DNA from: Conidiobolus incongruus B7586
Taxonomy: Eukaryota
Reading direction: 5' to 3'
Length of the DNA: 44,264 nt
Assembly (NCBI GenBank): GCA_000697335.1
Contig: JNEM01013449.1
Span: forward strand, 1-44,264
Below, piece by piece: positions 22,086 through 34,752 of this stretch (within the stretch, counting starts at the first letter, position 1; every line of letters starts with the position of its first letter). The position numbers and the translations under genes were made by a program. The notes beneath the pieces were generated by a model. It did no database searches and had not been told where the DNA came from. It saw only the letters and a list, made by a program, of their open reading frames with translations.

Positions 22086-23224
22086 CTTTTGGTATTAATT
22101 ATTATATGACTTGAATTCAATTTCTATATCAATCTCTATATATAATGAGATTGAAATAAATTTATTATGGGTTAAAATTGTTTTGACATATATTAATTAA
22201 TCTCAAAATCATGAATACATTGGTTATAATTTTGACTAATTCTTGATCCTGTTATTAATTGTAATGATCATTTCATTGTATAAACAGATGAAAATATCAT
22301 TTCCATTAGTTTTTCGAAAAAGCTGCTTACTATTTTATAAAAGAAAATCAACCTGAAACTAAAATATAAACATTCAAATGAAGTGAAAACCGAATAGAGC
22401 ATATAAAATTCATGGTAAAATGAGAAATGTGATGAGTTCATAATTACATAGCAATTATCATTAATAATGACATACTATAGAAAGTTTGATTTTGAAATCT
22501 GTACTAACTCTAACAATTAAAGACCGATTAATTGTTCCAATAATAAACTGGTAAAATTGTAAGACTTTTTCGAAAGATAGTAAATATATTATTGTTGAAC
22601 GCTATTTATGATATTATTGAATATAAATTTTCGTATGTTTCATTATTGTTGATCAAATAACATTGTAAATGTATAGAGCAATGGTAATTTCAAAAATTGC
22701 GTTTTCAAAACCCAAGGAATTAGAAACTACATAATTATTAAAACATATCATTGATGTATTGATATCTGTTGTCTTCGATCTTTCAGCTCCAAATCAAGAA
22801 TCAAAATTTAATTTCAGAAAAATAAAAATTATTAAACTGAATACACAAGCGAAAGTCAAATATTATTAAATAAAAATATATGATATATACTTATTTGTAT
22901 GGCAAAGAGTAGAAAATTATAATTCAATATATTTATATAGTTAGTATCATCCATACTTGTTAAAGTATATATTTGTAATTAATATTATATGGTAAAAATA
23001 GGCAAAGTATTAATCAGCTAAAAAATTCAAAATTTATACTTAATACTTATTAATACATATCAATCAATTTATGAATTAATACTTGAAGAACAGCAATAAT
23101 TATTGGGTGATTGATACGAATAATTTCATAATATTCAATAGTTGGTTAATATATATAATTAAATAGCAAATTTATTACAATTTTGTATAAGATATATAGT
23201 TTGCTAAATATATATTCAATCAGG

Positions 23225-25114
23225 TTATAATTTACGGTCGTAAATTGATCTGGCATTCATATTTTCATCCGAGTTATTGAATGAGGTGTCTCGGTTTGGT
23301 GGCAGGGACATTTCAGTATCCAGAGGTTCAGAAGTTCCAAATCGATTTCTCTGATTTCTTGTTTGGGATTGATGTTGGTTATTTTGAAGTGATTCTGAGA
23401 TTTGAGGTGGTGGTAGCATTAATGGAGATGCTGGAATTTGAGGGGAGGAGGGAGTTCCTGTACTAGGCTGAACATAGTATTGAGTTGGGTAATTGGTAGC
23501 AGGAGCATAGCTACCATCAGGTAATTGTGTTAAAACAGGTGTAGCTGGGTACCAATACTGAGTATTTGCACCCGCATTGGTTGTTAAATTGGAAGGATTA
23601 TAATAGGGGGAGTATGGTGGATAAAATAATGGAGTCTGAGGAGATCCCAATGGCGACTGTGAAGCATTAGACAAAGTTGAGCTAAATACAGGGCTATAAG
23701 GGACCATTGGATGTTGATTGTATGATAAATTTGGTGATTTATAGAAACTATATCCTTCTTGTTTACTTTCATTTCTAGGATAATTGCGTTTGAAATTATG
23801 ATAATACTTAGACTGAGGATGGCGAGTAAATCTGTTTTGAAAAAAGCCTTTACGGAATGCTTGCTGATTAGGACAAATCCTATTACCTTGAAAATGAGAG
23901 TTTTTTCTATTATCAACTAGATTTCCTTGACTATTATTATATTCACCTTCTTGGCAATATTCGTTAGTACATTCGTAAGATAATGAGGTAGAAGTATTTC
24001 TATAAGGTCTCGCTTGCTTGTAAATGTACTTGATACTACTATTTGGCTTTGAAGAAAAGTTAGAATCAGTTGGATTCTTATTAGATTGCTGTTTATAATA
24101 GGCAGTTTGCTTGAAAGTAACTTTAATCTTGAAACCATTTATAAACGCGCCGTCTTCAGCTTCAATTGCTTTAATCGACATCAAATAATCTTTATACTTG
24201 ATGAAACTAAAAGCTATCTCACCTCGAGGAAACAAATTAATATAAATAATTTCTCCATAAATTTCAAACCTCTTTTCTAATTCAGTTCCAGTTATATTTC
24301 CAGGTAAATTACCAATAAAGATACTGCAAAAATCAAAAAACCTAGGTGTCTTTTCTAAATATGTGGCCCATTCAATTCCAATAGGATATCGTGTACGGAA
24401 ACTCGAATAAGCTTTAATAGCATCCTCACGATATTTGAATTTAAAAAATCCACATCCTTTGTGCCCATTATCATAAGAATTTCTTAAAATCTTCGCATCT
24501 TCTAGTTCTCCAAACCTAGCTACCATACGTGCAATTTGCGCGATAGAGTTAGCCTGGTTGAGACGATATAAAAAGATTGTTCGATTGACTCTCGCCTTTT
24601 CAACTCTGATATGTCGACCATCGATAATGGTGTTAGCAGATTCTTCCAGAGCAATTTGAGCAGTCTCAGGATTTTCGTATTGAACAAACCCATAAGGACG
24701 ATTCATAGGATCTTTCATCACTTTGACATCCACTACTTTGCCCCATTGGACAAAATGATTTCGAACGCTTTCAATCAATTCTTCTTCTGTTTTTGATGAT
24801 ATCAAACTAGCGACAAAAAGACAGCATTCAGGGTCTGCTTTAACTACAGGTTGATAAGCATTTTCATCACTATCTTCATTTGATAAGTAATCCGAATTGG
24901 TCTCATGATCATTCAATAAAGTAATATTAGAATCAGAATCTGATGAAAGTGATAATCCTTTCAATCTTTCAGTTAATTCAGAATGATCTGACATATAAGG
25001 CTTATTATCAGAAATTCTTCTTTTTAATAGATGACTTTTAGGTTTAAAGTGCAGTTTACCTGTGGTTGATATGGGAGAAGATTTAATGTATAATTCAGAA
25101 TCTGAGTGCGACAT
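23225..25114 (-). CDS. RIM4: Rim4-like meiotic RNA-binding protein with 3 RRMs and a low-complexity C-terminus
   Basis: CLFVASL...VKVMKDPMNRPYGFVQY...ARVNRTIFL matches the Rim4 RRM1 signature as I recall it. The tail is N/Q/Y/P/S-rich. Confidence 0.8.
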   Translation of the reverse strand: MSHSDSELYIKSSPISTTGKLHFKPKSHLLKRRISDNKPYMSDHSELTERLKGLSLSSDSDSNITLLNDHETNSDYLSNEDSDENAYQPVVKADPECCLFVASLISSKTEEELIESVRNHFVQWGKVVDVKVMKDPMNRPYGFVQYENPETAQIALEESANTIIDGRHIRVEKARVNRTIFLYRLNQANSIAQIARMVARFGELEDAKILRNSYDNGHKGCGFFKFKYREDAIKAYSSFRTRYPIGIEWATYLEKTPRFFDFCSIFIGNLPGNITGTELEKRFEIYGEIIYINLFPRGEIAFSFIKYKDYLMSIKAIEAEDGAFINGFKIKVTFKQTAYYKQQSNKNPTDSNFSSKPNSSIKYIYKQARPYRNTSTSLSYECTNEYCQEGEYNNSQGNLVDNRKNSHFQGNRICPNQQAFRKGFFQNRFTRHPQSKYYHNFKRNYPRNESKQEGYSFYKSPNLSYNQHPMVPYSPVFSSTLSNASQSPLGSPQTPLFYPPYSPYYNPSNLTTNAGANTQYWYPATPVLTQLPDGSYAPATNYPTQYYVQPSTGTPSSPQIPASPLMLPPPQISESLQNNQHQSQTRNQRNRFGTSEPLDTEMSLPPNRDTSFNNSDENMNARSIYDRKL

Positions 25115-25835
25115 TTTATAGCAATCTTGACAAAGTACTTGGATTTTTTAATTGTGATTCAGCTGAGTAGATCTAGTAATCAATAGCAATGAGCAAATCA
25201 ATAACAGAGATGAACTAGAAATAATAGTGATGAATAGTAATTATTAATAGTTCTTTAGCAATATGATAGAAGTTATTGAAATTGAATGAATGCAAAGTAT
25301 TTATATAGTTTTGAGCTGTTACTAATACATTTATGAAATGTAAAGATATTTAAACTTCGTGAGATCAATTATGAATCATCCAAGTTTATTTAATGAATCA
25401 TTGAGGAGTTAAAATTTATTTTTACATATTATTATTATAATATTTATTCATTAATAGTCATAAAAGCTATTTTTATTAAATCATTATGCTATTAGAAATT
25501 TCTATTCCGACCATAAAAACTATTGAAGATAGTAAATATTTTAATCATTAATGTATTATTTAGAATTTTTTCAAATTTTCATTAATCATATATTAAATCA
25601 AATAATATAGTGTTCACTAAATAAGATATAAAAATCGGTTGGTATTATAATATTTATAGATTGCGATTTTTTATTAGATACTATGATAATTGGAATTAAA
25701 TTTTGAATTTTATAAAAATATCACCTAATTTAAAAAAAGAAAAATCATGTGAAATTTATTTCAATCAATTTTAATTATTGTCAATTAATCAAAAGTATAT
25801 AGATATTCAAAGAATTTCACATATTAGTAACAAAA

Positions 25836-26294
25836 TTAAGAATAACTGGGAGGAGATGGAGGATTAGGGTTAGTAGGATCAAGCTTAGGAACAGTAATAG
25901 TCAATATTCCGTTCTTATATTCCAGTGAATATTTGTCAACATCAGCATGAGGTGTCAGGTAAATTCTCCTTTCAAATCTGAAAAGAGGTCTCTCGTTAAC
26001 GAGTGTCTTATAGCCTGCAAATTTGGGATCTTTGACAACTTCACCAGATACAATCAATTCATTATTATGAACACAATTTAATTTAATATCCTGTAAATCA
26101 ATACCAACTATTTCCAACTCAATGACTACTTGATCTTGATTCTCATACATATTCATGGTTGGACCACCAAACTTCCAGTCAAGAAATTTTGCAAACTTAC
26201 GATTTAAACTGAAGTTTTTGCAGGAGTTTTTTCCAATACGTTGGTTAATTTTAGTGTATTTAGCCGAAGTAAAAGATTTTTTATTCCAGACCAT
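25836..26294 (-). CDS. Small heat-shock protein (HSP20/alpha-crystallin domain)
   Basis: PTMNMYE...IELEIVG...LIVSGE...ER..FERRI.L...YKNGILTITVPK. Confidence 0.9.
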   Translation of the reverse strand: MVWNKKSFTSAKYTKINQRIGKNSCKNFSLNRKFAKFLDWKFGGPTMNMYENQDQVVIELEIVGIDLQDIKLNCVHNNELIVSGEVVKDPKFAGYKTLVNERPLFRFERRIYLTPHADVDKYSLEYKNGILTITVPKLDPTNPNPPSPPSYS

Positions 26295-28500
26295 GTTTGT
26301 TAGTTAGCTAGTAGGTTAGTAATAAGGATATATTTGTTTTAAGAATGGCATTCTTGAGCCACTCAATTGGTATTTATATGAAAAAAAATCTTAATATAAA
26401 ATTCTTTAAACAATTGAAAAAAATCAAAACTTGACAATTTATTATTGGATAATTCCTCTAGTTGATATGCCAAGTTATATCTAATTAAAGTTCATTGGAT
26501 ATAAACAAGATAAAACTTTTGTCACCATTAACTATAATATTTTATTTACACTGAATTGTATTATAATGTCCCGAATAGATCTATTCCTTTTAAAGTCATC
26601 CTTAAACCAATCATTATTTTCCAGTAGCTTCATTTTTTGGCCTTATTTTTAATTGTAGTAGTATATATTAAATCTTTTCTATAAGAGATCAATATTGAAT
26701 CTTGTAGTAAATTTTAAATTCAGGATCTATTTATTCTTGGCATTGTGAATTTAATTTAATTTTTGAGATATTTTTATATTATAAAATTCATTTATCCAGT
26801 TAAACAATCATAAATATCTTAAATACATTATTATATATATATATTTGAAGATTCAATATATTTTATAAGAAATATAATTAAGTATAACTTTACATAAAAT
26901 AGTTAACATTGATTATTATAACAAATATTTGTAATCTAAGTGTAATTTAATTCAATTTGTAAGTATCTAAAATCTTATCAAATATAAAAATTAATATAAA
27001 ATTATTTTTTATTCAAAATTATGAATTTTAAATATATAACTTTAATATAATAATTATAGTTTTATATTGAAATATAGTTTGTGAATAGGGTTGAGAATCC
27101 CGAAATTCTGGATTTGAAATTAATTGAATAAGTCAAAATTAAAAAAAAAATATAAATTTGAAACAATGTTGATCTTTGAAATATAATAAAATTAATACCA
27201 CCCTTTGATTATATTAATTTAACAAAAGATCAGAATCGCTCTGATTATGAATGTTATATTAATTGAATATTTAGAAACTAAAATGGGGCAAAATTCCAAT
27301 CAGCTTTTATTTACTTGGCTGGGAAATTATTTTTAGAACAATTATTCCTCCAAAATTGAAACTCACGATTAAATATTTTCAAAATGGGACTACAACTCTA
27401 AAATTTTTAAAAATCAAAGCTATGCTGTTTAAGGGTAACTGGATTAATTACATATGCAGCTAATGAATATTTAGTGTTGTCAAAACTTCTGAATTCATTT
27501 TATAATTCATTTACAAATAGTGACCTATTTGTATAAATCATATTTCAATTATATATAGTATCAAGCTAGTTTTAATCAAACTGTTAACCAAAATTTTACA
27601 AAATAAACAAAGTATGCATAATTTCATTAACATAAAAACTTGTTTCAGAAGATATTATTAAAATTATCAATAATATATAGTTTATATTTTTAAACTATAA
27701 TAATGTTTGTATTCTTTACAAGTTCCAATAGATGAATTATGTACATTGACAATTTTCCAATGGTTTAATAATTATAAGTATATCTTTCAAAATAAAAGTT
27801 TTTGTTTATATATAATTATTTTATTTTTATAAGTATATACGATATAAGTCATAAATTGATATATACTGTTAATGAACTTTTATATTATATTATCAATTAG
27901 AATAAATTTGTGATAAACTAAAAATTAATCATAATAATAAAATAAAGATATAGGAAATTTATAGTTATCAGAATAGCTAAATTGACCATAGATATATTGA
28001 TAAATATTATTGAATAAATAATAACAGAATATGGGTTTAGAATATTTAAAATATTCAAAATTATGAAAGAAAAAATATGTAGGAATAATAATTTTTAAGT
28101 CAAATTACCATTAATTAGTTGAGAAAGTTGATCTAATTTTAAAAAAAACTTCATATAAACCATGATATTGGAATATTAAGTTATAATAAAGTTGTAAATG
28201 GCGTATGCTGATTCACTGAAACTTTCTCAAGGTTGTCGAGGACTTTATATTTGTATAGTTAGAATTCTTCCTTTTAAAGGTCAAGCTCTTTAAATGAATG
28301 TTTCGAAGTAAGATTAAAATTATTGTTATAAATTAAATAATATTAAGCAATATTCAAATGGTAAATACCTATGGCAGGTTAAATATTATATTAGTTCCAA
28401 TATGTTATGAGATATAATGTAAATTAAATTATTCAAATATAAAATATACTTTATTTGTTTGAAACTATAAAATATGCCTTAATACAATATTAACAAAAAA

Positions 28501-28983
28501 TTAAATACCATGATGGGATGGAGGATTAGGAGGATTAGGAGGATTAGGAGGATCATGAGAATCATGTTTAGGAATAACAATAGTTAATAACCCATTCTTT
28601 TGATCTGCTTTATACTTAGCAACATCGGCTTGAGGCGTAACAAAAATCCTTCTTTCAAACTTGATAATAGGCCTCTCGTCAATAAGCATCCTATAACCAT
28701 TATATTTAGGATCTCTAACAATAACGCCAGACACCAACAATTCATTTTTATGGACAATACTCAATTTTATATCCTGTAAATCAACGCTCACTACTTCCAA
28801 TTCGATTACTACCTCACTCAAATTCTCATACATATTCATAGTAGGACCACCAAAACTCAAGTCTAGATACTTTGCAAATTTGCGATTCAAACTGAAGTTC
28901 TTGTAACTGTTCTCTCCAACATAATCATCCACATTTGTAGTAGTTGAATTGGGTAAAAGGGAGATTTTTTTATTAATCGACAT
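28501..28983 (-). CDS. Small heat-shock protein (HSP20), tandem paralog
   Basis: Same domain motifs as 25836, including KNFSLNRKFAK.LD..FGGPTMNMYEN. Confidence 0.9.
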   Translation of the reverse strand: MSINKKISLLPNSTTTNVDDYVGENSYKNFSLNRKFAKYLDLSFGGPTMNMYENLSEVVIELEVVSVDLQDIKLSIVHKNELLVSGVIVRDPKYNGYRMLIDERPIIKFERRIFVTPQADVAKYKADQKNGLLTIVIPKHDSHDPPNPPNPPNPPSHHGI

Positions 28984-30280
28984 TTATGTAAGCTAGAAGG
29001 TTAGTAAGTTAGTATTAGAATATTTTAATAGTACTATAATGAGCTTGATATCAAGAGTATTTATATAAGAATAGCTGAATATCAGTATTTAAACAATGGC
29101 CAAGAAATCAAAACATGACAAAATACAATTGGCCGAATTAGTCAAAAAGTAAAGTGACATCGACATAGAAACTATTCTTAATAAATATAAACTTATTTTA
29201 TAAACTCGAATTCTTTTAGGTTACATATTTCAAATTCTAATAAATCTATTATCCCGATTATATTAATATCAATTTTATTCAAATTTAACCAAATGATTTT
29301 TTTCCAGCTAAATAATTTATATTACTACTTTTTTAAACTATTCAGTTGTGAATGAAATGATATATCTAATATTGATTACTGATTTAATAACATATCCAGG
29401 TTAGCTTATAATTAAATTTGTTGAAAATTATTCCAAACTGGTTTTATTAATTCAATACAACATTCTTCAATCATGAATCATTTTAAAGACCAAAATGCTG
29501 CGATTATTACAACTAGAATATCTATTCAATCAATCAAATACTGCAAATAATATTGACTTGGTAAATATCATATTTTATGAATGTTTGTTATAATTAAAAA
29601 GCTTACATTAGGCTTCAATTATTAAAAGAATTTAACTTAAATAATTATGTAATAATTAACCAATATTTAATAAAAATTTATATAATTTGAGAAAAAAAAT
29701 TAGTTTCATAAATGAATTAAATAATAGAACTACTGTTATACTTTAAAAATCAATTAATATAAATTTAAGAATTAAGAATTTTTTTATTTCTAATTTGATT
29801 CACTAAGCAAAAATAGTATGAGAATTTCAAACTTAATATTCATTCGTTTAATATATTTAATATTGAATGTTTAATGTTATTAGTTTGTATATTGTTTTAA
29901 TGAACAATACAATCATCAAATGTTATATATAATAAATTCTTATTAAAATGTGGAAAAATTAATCTATGACTGTTTTTACTTGTGTGTCAATCTATTTTAA
30001 GAATTAAATTAAGGAGATTACAAATTAGTCAAATCAGTTCAAGTTCATTTTATAAGGGTATTTTGATAAATAAAATTGTTTTTTAATTATTATAGAATTA
30101 TTATTTCTTTAGTATTATTGAAATATAAAATTATTTTCTATTATTAATTAATTCAATCGTTTAATAAAATAATTATCAAAGAATTCATTTAATTTCCAAA
30201 AATATGAGGAATTAAACTTGATGGTTTTTTTATTACATTTAAATTGTCATAATGAAACACCATTGAATTATCATTACCAA

Positions 30281-31080
30281 TCATTTGAACATTCTCATAT
30301 AGGCAAGTAATAGAGCACTTGTACCAGTGACAGTACCTAATTAATTATGTTAATCTATCTGTTTATAATATTATGGTGATAATAACTTTACCTATCATAT
30401 ATTGCAGAATTTGGAATTTGATACCTTCCATCTGAGTTTTTAAATTACCAATTTCACCTTCAATTTTAGACTTAGCCTCCTCCAGCTTGATATCTTGCTG
30501 ACTACTTTCATCTCTTAATCTTCCCTTTTCTAAATTAATATCCAATCTGACACTAGACTGAGTACGATTGATATCTTCTTTCAGCTTGCTCTTCAAACGA
30601 TCAATTTCCATCATTAACTTATCATGTTCAGCTTTCATCAGAGCGAAATCATTCTTTTCCATCATTTGAATTTCACTCTTCAGTTGGGCAAAGTCTACTC
30701 TATATGTATATACATTCTTCTCTTGTTCTTGCTTCGTTACCATTTGAGCTGTTAATCGATTGATACTATAGAATATAAATATTGAAATTTTTATATTCTT
30801 TAGAATTTAATTACCTCTCCTGAATAACGTCTTGCATAGCGTATAAAATAGCATTTGCTTGGGTTCTCGAAAATCCTTGGGACTCTAATCTTTCTACGAA
30901 TTTTTGAGTATCAAAAGAATATGGTGAGCTTAACTTGGATATAGTATGTAGTAATTTTTGATTAACTAAATCTTTATTAATATGATTTAAATTAAATTGA
31001 TAATTGATAAATTTACTTAGTCTAGTATTATTTTTAAAAGAATGATTTAAGAAGTTAATATTTCTTAGTATAATAGTCAT
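30281..31080 (-). CDS. DUF1640 mitochondrial coiled-coil protein (CCDC90/MCUR1/Fmp32 family); introns 30814-30766 and 30391-30337
   Basis: FDTQKFVERLESQGFS and VRLDINLEKGRLRDE motifs, with spliced C-terminal TM LQYMIGTVTGTSALLLAYMRMFK. Confidence 0.92.
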
Positions 31081-33357
31081 AATTATTTAGTTATATATTT
31101 ATAAAATTTGATTATTATCATATTGTGAATGAAAAATCAATATTAATGAAATATACCTATTCCAATCTCTAATTTGTGTTCTAAATAATTATGGGTTCAA
31201 GTGGACTGGTAAATTTTAGCCATTATGTACTAGTTTGGAAAAATTTGGATTTCTAAAATTCGGATGAAAATATATTATAAAATTTCAGTAAACTATTAAT
31301 AATTTAAATAGCTAAAGTATAAATATCAGCTTGTATAGTATTACATAATATTATTGGTATTAAATTATATATAATTACCTCTAATATTGATTTTTCAACA
31401 ACAGAGTAATAAATAAATTTAGTGAAGTATTAATTTGCGGTAAATAAGATATTTTAGGTAAAATCTTATGATTGGTCAATTCTAAAAATGGAGGCCTTGA
31501 AATTCTTGTCCACGTGATAAAAACTAGTAACAATTGGATCAAATATGGGAAAGTGCTCAATATTTGATTACTGTACAAATTCAATTATTCAAGTAAAAAC
31601 TTATTAATTTACTTTAATTATATTTAATAACAATTATCTTTAATAATCATTTGTTTATAAAATCTTAAATTTATTTATCCAATTGAATGACTTATAAAAT
31701 CAATTAAAATGAGTATTTTAATTTTTTTAATTAAGGAATTATATTAAATGAAAATACTACAAAATGTGTAATTGACCAATGTTGAAAGTATTGATTTTTA
31801 ATATTTAATTTAAATTAATTTTATAAAATTTTACCATTAGCCTTTTCTGTATCACTTATACGGTAAAAATTGATTTATTCGCGTGTACTTCATTGTGTAA
31901 TGTAATTTGTTTTATCGAAACTGTTTAAAATAATATTTAACATGCTGGATTTATTGAATATTGAACTAAGTTTCTATTAATATACTTCTGACATATATTG
32001 TAATTTCAAAATTTTGGTTTTGATCTTGATTAAGTAGACTCAAGACTTTCACTGCATATTCGAATTTTATTCAGTGATTATTCAATCTGTTGAGAAGATT
32101 TAAATATAATTAAAATAATAGCAATTGATATTACTTTCATTTAGTAAACTTAATTTTTTTATCAAATAAAATTTTATCATTGCAATATTTTATAATATTT
32201 GCTCATGTTTGTGATTAAGAAAATTTGAGACAATTATCTCTATTTGTGTGTTGAATAGGCTATTTGAGTTGTTTTAAATTGAGAAATTCAATATGATAGT
32301 AATGGAAATGGTTGGCTCAATATTTAAATATGCCAATATTAGATACAATATTTTCATCTCATTTCAATATACATAAATTTTTCTTACTGAAATAAATATG
32401 CTATAGATTTAAATGTTCATTAAGAACAGGTATATATTTAGGGTTAAACGAATCAAAAGTATAAGTTTTCTTAAAGATATTAGTCAAAAAAAATTAAATT
32501 CTATGTAATATAGAATTCTCAGCATTAACACCAAAATCGCTAGCTCACTTATTGAGCTGAGACTCGGCAAAAGGGTCCAATATCGATATTTAATGTGTAT
32601 TTTAACATATTCATTTTCAAATTATGAATCATTATTTTTTTCAAATAACAATAAAGGCAGATTTATTATATCAAACATTTAATGATTAAAATATCACCCA
32701 GATTTCTTATAATGATAACTTATATTCAAAACATATGTAATTTCCTATAAACATCAATATACCACTACATACTATTACCATATTTAAATTTGTTATTTTA
32801 AAACAATAACATTTCAGGTTCATAATAGATGATATTTTAGTTAATAGTGGAAATTAAAATGAATTTTCAGATGTTAGCAATTATTATTGAATAAATTCTG
32901 AGAATTGGAGTATATCAAGTTTTAAATGAAATATCATCAATCATTTTATAAATTATTATAGCTGTTATATAGATTTTAGGAAATCAGCTGAGTGATATAG
33001 GTATATCAAATTAAAGCAAATATCGATGAAATTTAAAGGTTATGAAATAATTAAATATTAAATTACGTCAATTTTATTAATATCTGTAAATCAATACATT
33101 GTTTTCAGAATCAATACCAGAAATCATCAATCAATTGCTATAAGGTTTCTATAATATAGCTAAAAAACTTGTATAAATATTTAGTAAAAATTGAATATCA
33201 GTTAAAATATATTAAAACAATGAAATCCTTTGAACAATTTAATAATTATAGTTTTAATAAAAGAATTAAATAATTAAAATAAATTAGTAAAATTGATATA
33301 GAGTTAAAAGAGAGATATTGATGAATTATTAAAAATAGCTATTGATCTATTAAATTA

Positions 33358-34675
33358 TTACCATGGAATTGAAGAAATGGGAAATTTTTTAATTTCTGAT
33401 TTTTCAAACATATTATTAGTTTCAAATAAGCAAATATATACAAAACAAATAGGAAAATAAATAGTTTTGAATTATATATATATATATATATAATAATATT
33501 TTTGATTAAAAAATGAATTTTTTAAAATTAGTTGTTTAATTTAATCATGCTTAAACCAAATAGTAACCATCAAAAGTCTTTTATTTTAGTATTAGTAAAA
33601 CTTAACCACAAACCCTCTAAAATCATTTAAAATTTACAAACAGCTTTTGGTAATAAAACATTATCTAAATCAACAATTTATTGCTGGGTAAATTATTTTA
33701 AGGTTAAGAGAGAAACTACCCAAAACTTGTTAAAATCTAGAAAACTAATTTCAACTGTCACTCTTCTAATTATTAATAAAGTAAAAAATTATATTAAAAA
33801 GCACCTTTTTATTTTAGCTAGAGAATTATCAAGACACTTTAATATTAGTCACACAAGTATTTTATATATATTAAAGTTTAAATTAAAATTAATTAATAAA
33901 AATGTAAAATAGGTACCTTATAATTTAACTAAAGCTTAAAAAAAAGTTAGAGTAGCTATTGCTAAATAAAACTTACTAAGGTATAACTAGAAACCAAGGT
34001 TTTTATAGTAAATTATTACAATTGATGAATCTTAGATTCCTTTGTATAATCCTTTGCTAAAACATAAATCAAAGTGTTAGATTAAACCAAATCAACCCCC
34101 TCTACAAATTCCTTTAAATAAGCACTTTATTGATAAGTGAATGTTAATTGTAGTAATAGATTATAATAGCATATGCTATTCTTATTTAGTTCTTAAAAGA
34201 AAATCTATTAATAGTAAACTTTATATTTCTTTTTTAAATAAAACTATTTTTAATTGGTATTCTCAATATAATTTGAGAAGACCTATTATTTTGCATGATA
34301 ATTGTAAAATACATAAATCTAAAGTTGTAAAAAACTTTCTAATTAAAAATAACTGGAAAGAATTACCACATCCAGTATATTCTTTAGATTATAACCCATG
34401 TGATTATAATTGTTTTGGGCAATTAAAAAACCAGCTTGCAGGAAAGAAAATTTCTGCAGGAAAATTTAATTGGTTTGTGAAACATCAAATTTCAGTCCTT
34501 AATAAAAAGAACTGTTTTTTAGGTGTTAGATCTTTGCCAAAAGTATAGCAAAAAGTTATTAGAAATAAAGGAAATTATTAATTTTATATTATATATTTAT
34601 TTTTACTTTGTATATATTAAAATGTTTATTTTTTTTCAATCGCAAAAAATTCCCATTATTTAAATTACAAAGTAA
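33358..34675 (+). mobile_element. Full-length (1318 bp) inactivated DD34D mariner element
   Basis: Imperfect ~33-bp TIRs (ttaccatggaattgaagaaatgggaaatttttt and aaaaaattcccattatttaaattacaaagtaa) with TA on both flanks (33356-57 and 34676-77). Confidence 0.9.
33547..34581 (+). pseudogene. Mariner transposase pseudogene: 345 codons, 11 premature stops, no frameshift
   Basis: HTH-like LSKSTIYCW; K*VPYNL corresponds to WVPHEL; IITIDES* and LHDNCKIH carry the first two catalytic Asp; YSLDYNPCDY corresponds to YSPDLAPSDY. There are 34 residues between the second and third Asp. Confidence 0.92.
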
Positions 34676-34752
34676 TATGATAATGAAATGAAAAAGAAAA
34701 ATCAACAATCAAAAGATATTTAATACAATTTGCATGAAATGAATTGTTAAAT

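Noticed and set aside
31220..31270. Weak similarity to about 42136-42165 and 4410-4450, suggesting a dispersed repeat
   Set aside because: The matches are short and low-complexity and cannot be supported without an alignment.
32500..32585. Short GC-richer patch with an AGCTCA/TGAGCT hairpin; the minus frame reads LDPFAE
   Set aside because: No tRNA cloverleaf, the frame is interrupted by a stop, and it is too short to assign.
33547..34581. Stop-codon reassignment as an explanation for the in-frame TAA/TAG codons
   Set aside because: Host genes end in TAA/TAG, the stops fall at both Trp and non-Trp positions, and conserved motifs also carry missense decay.
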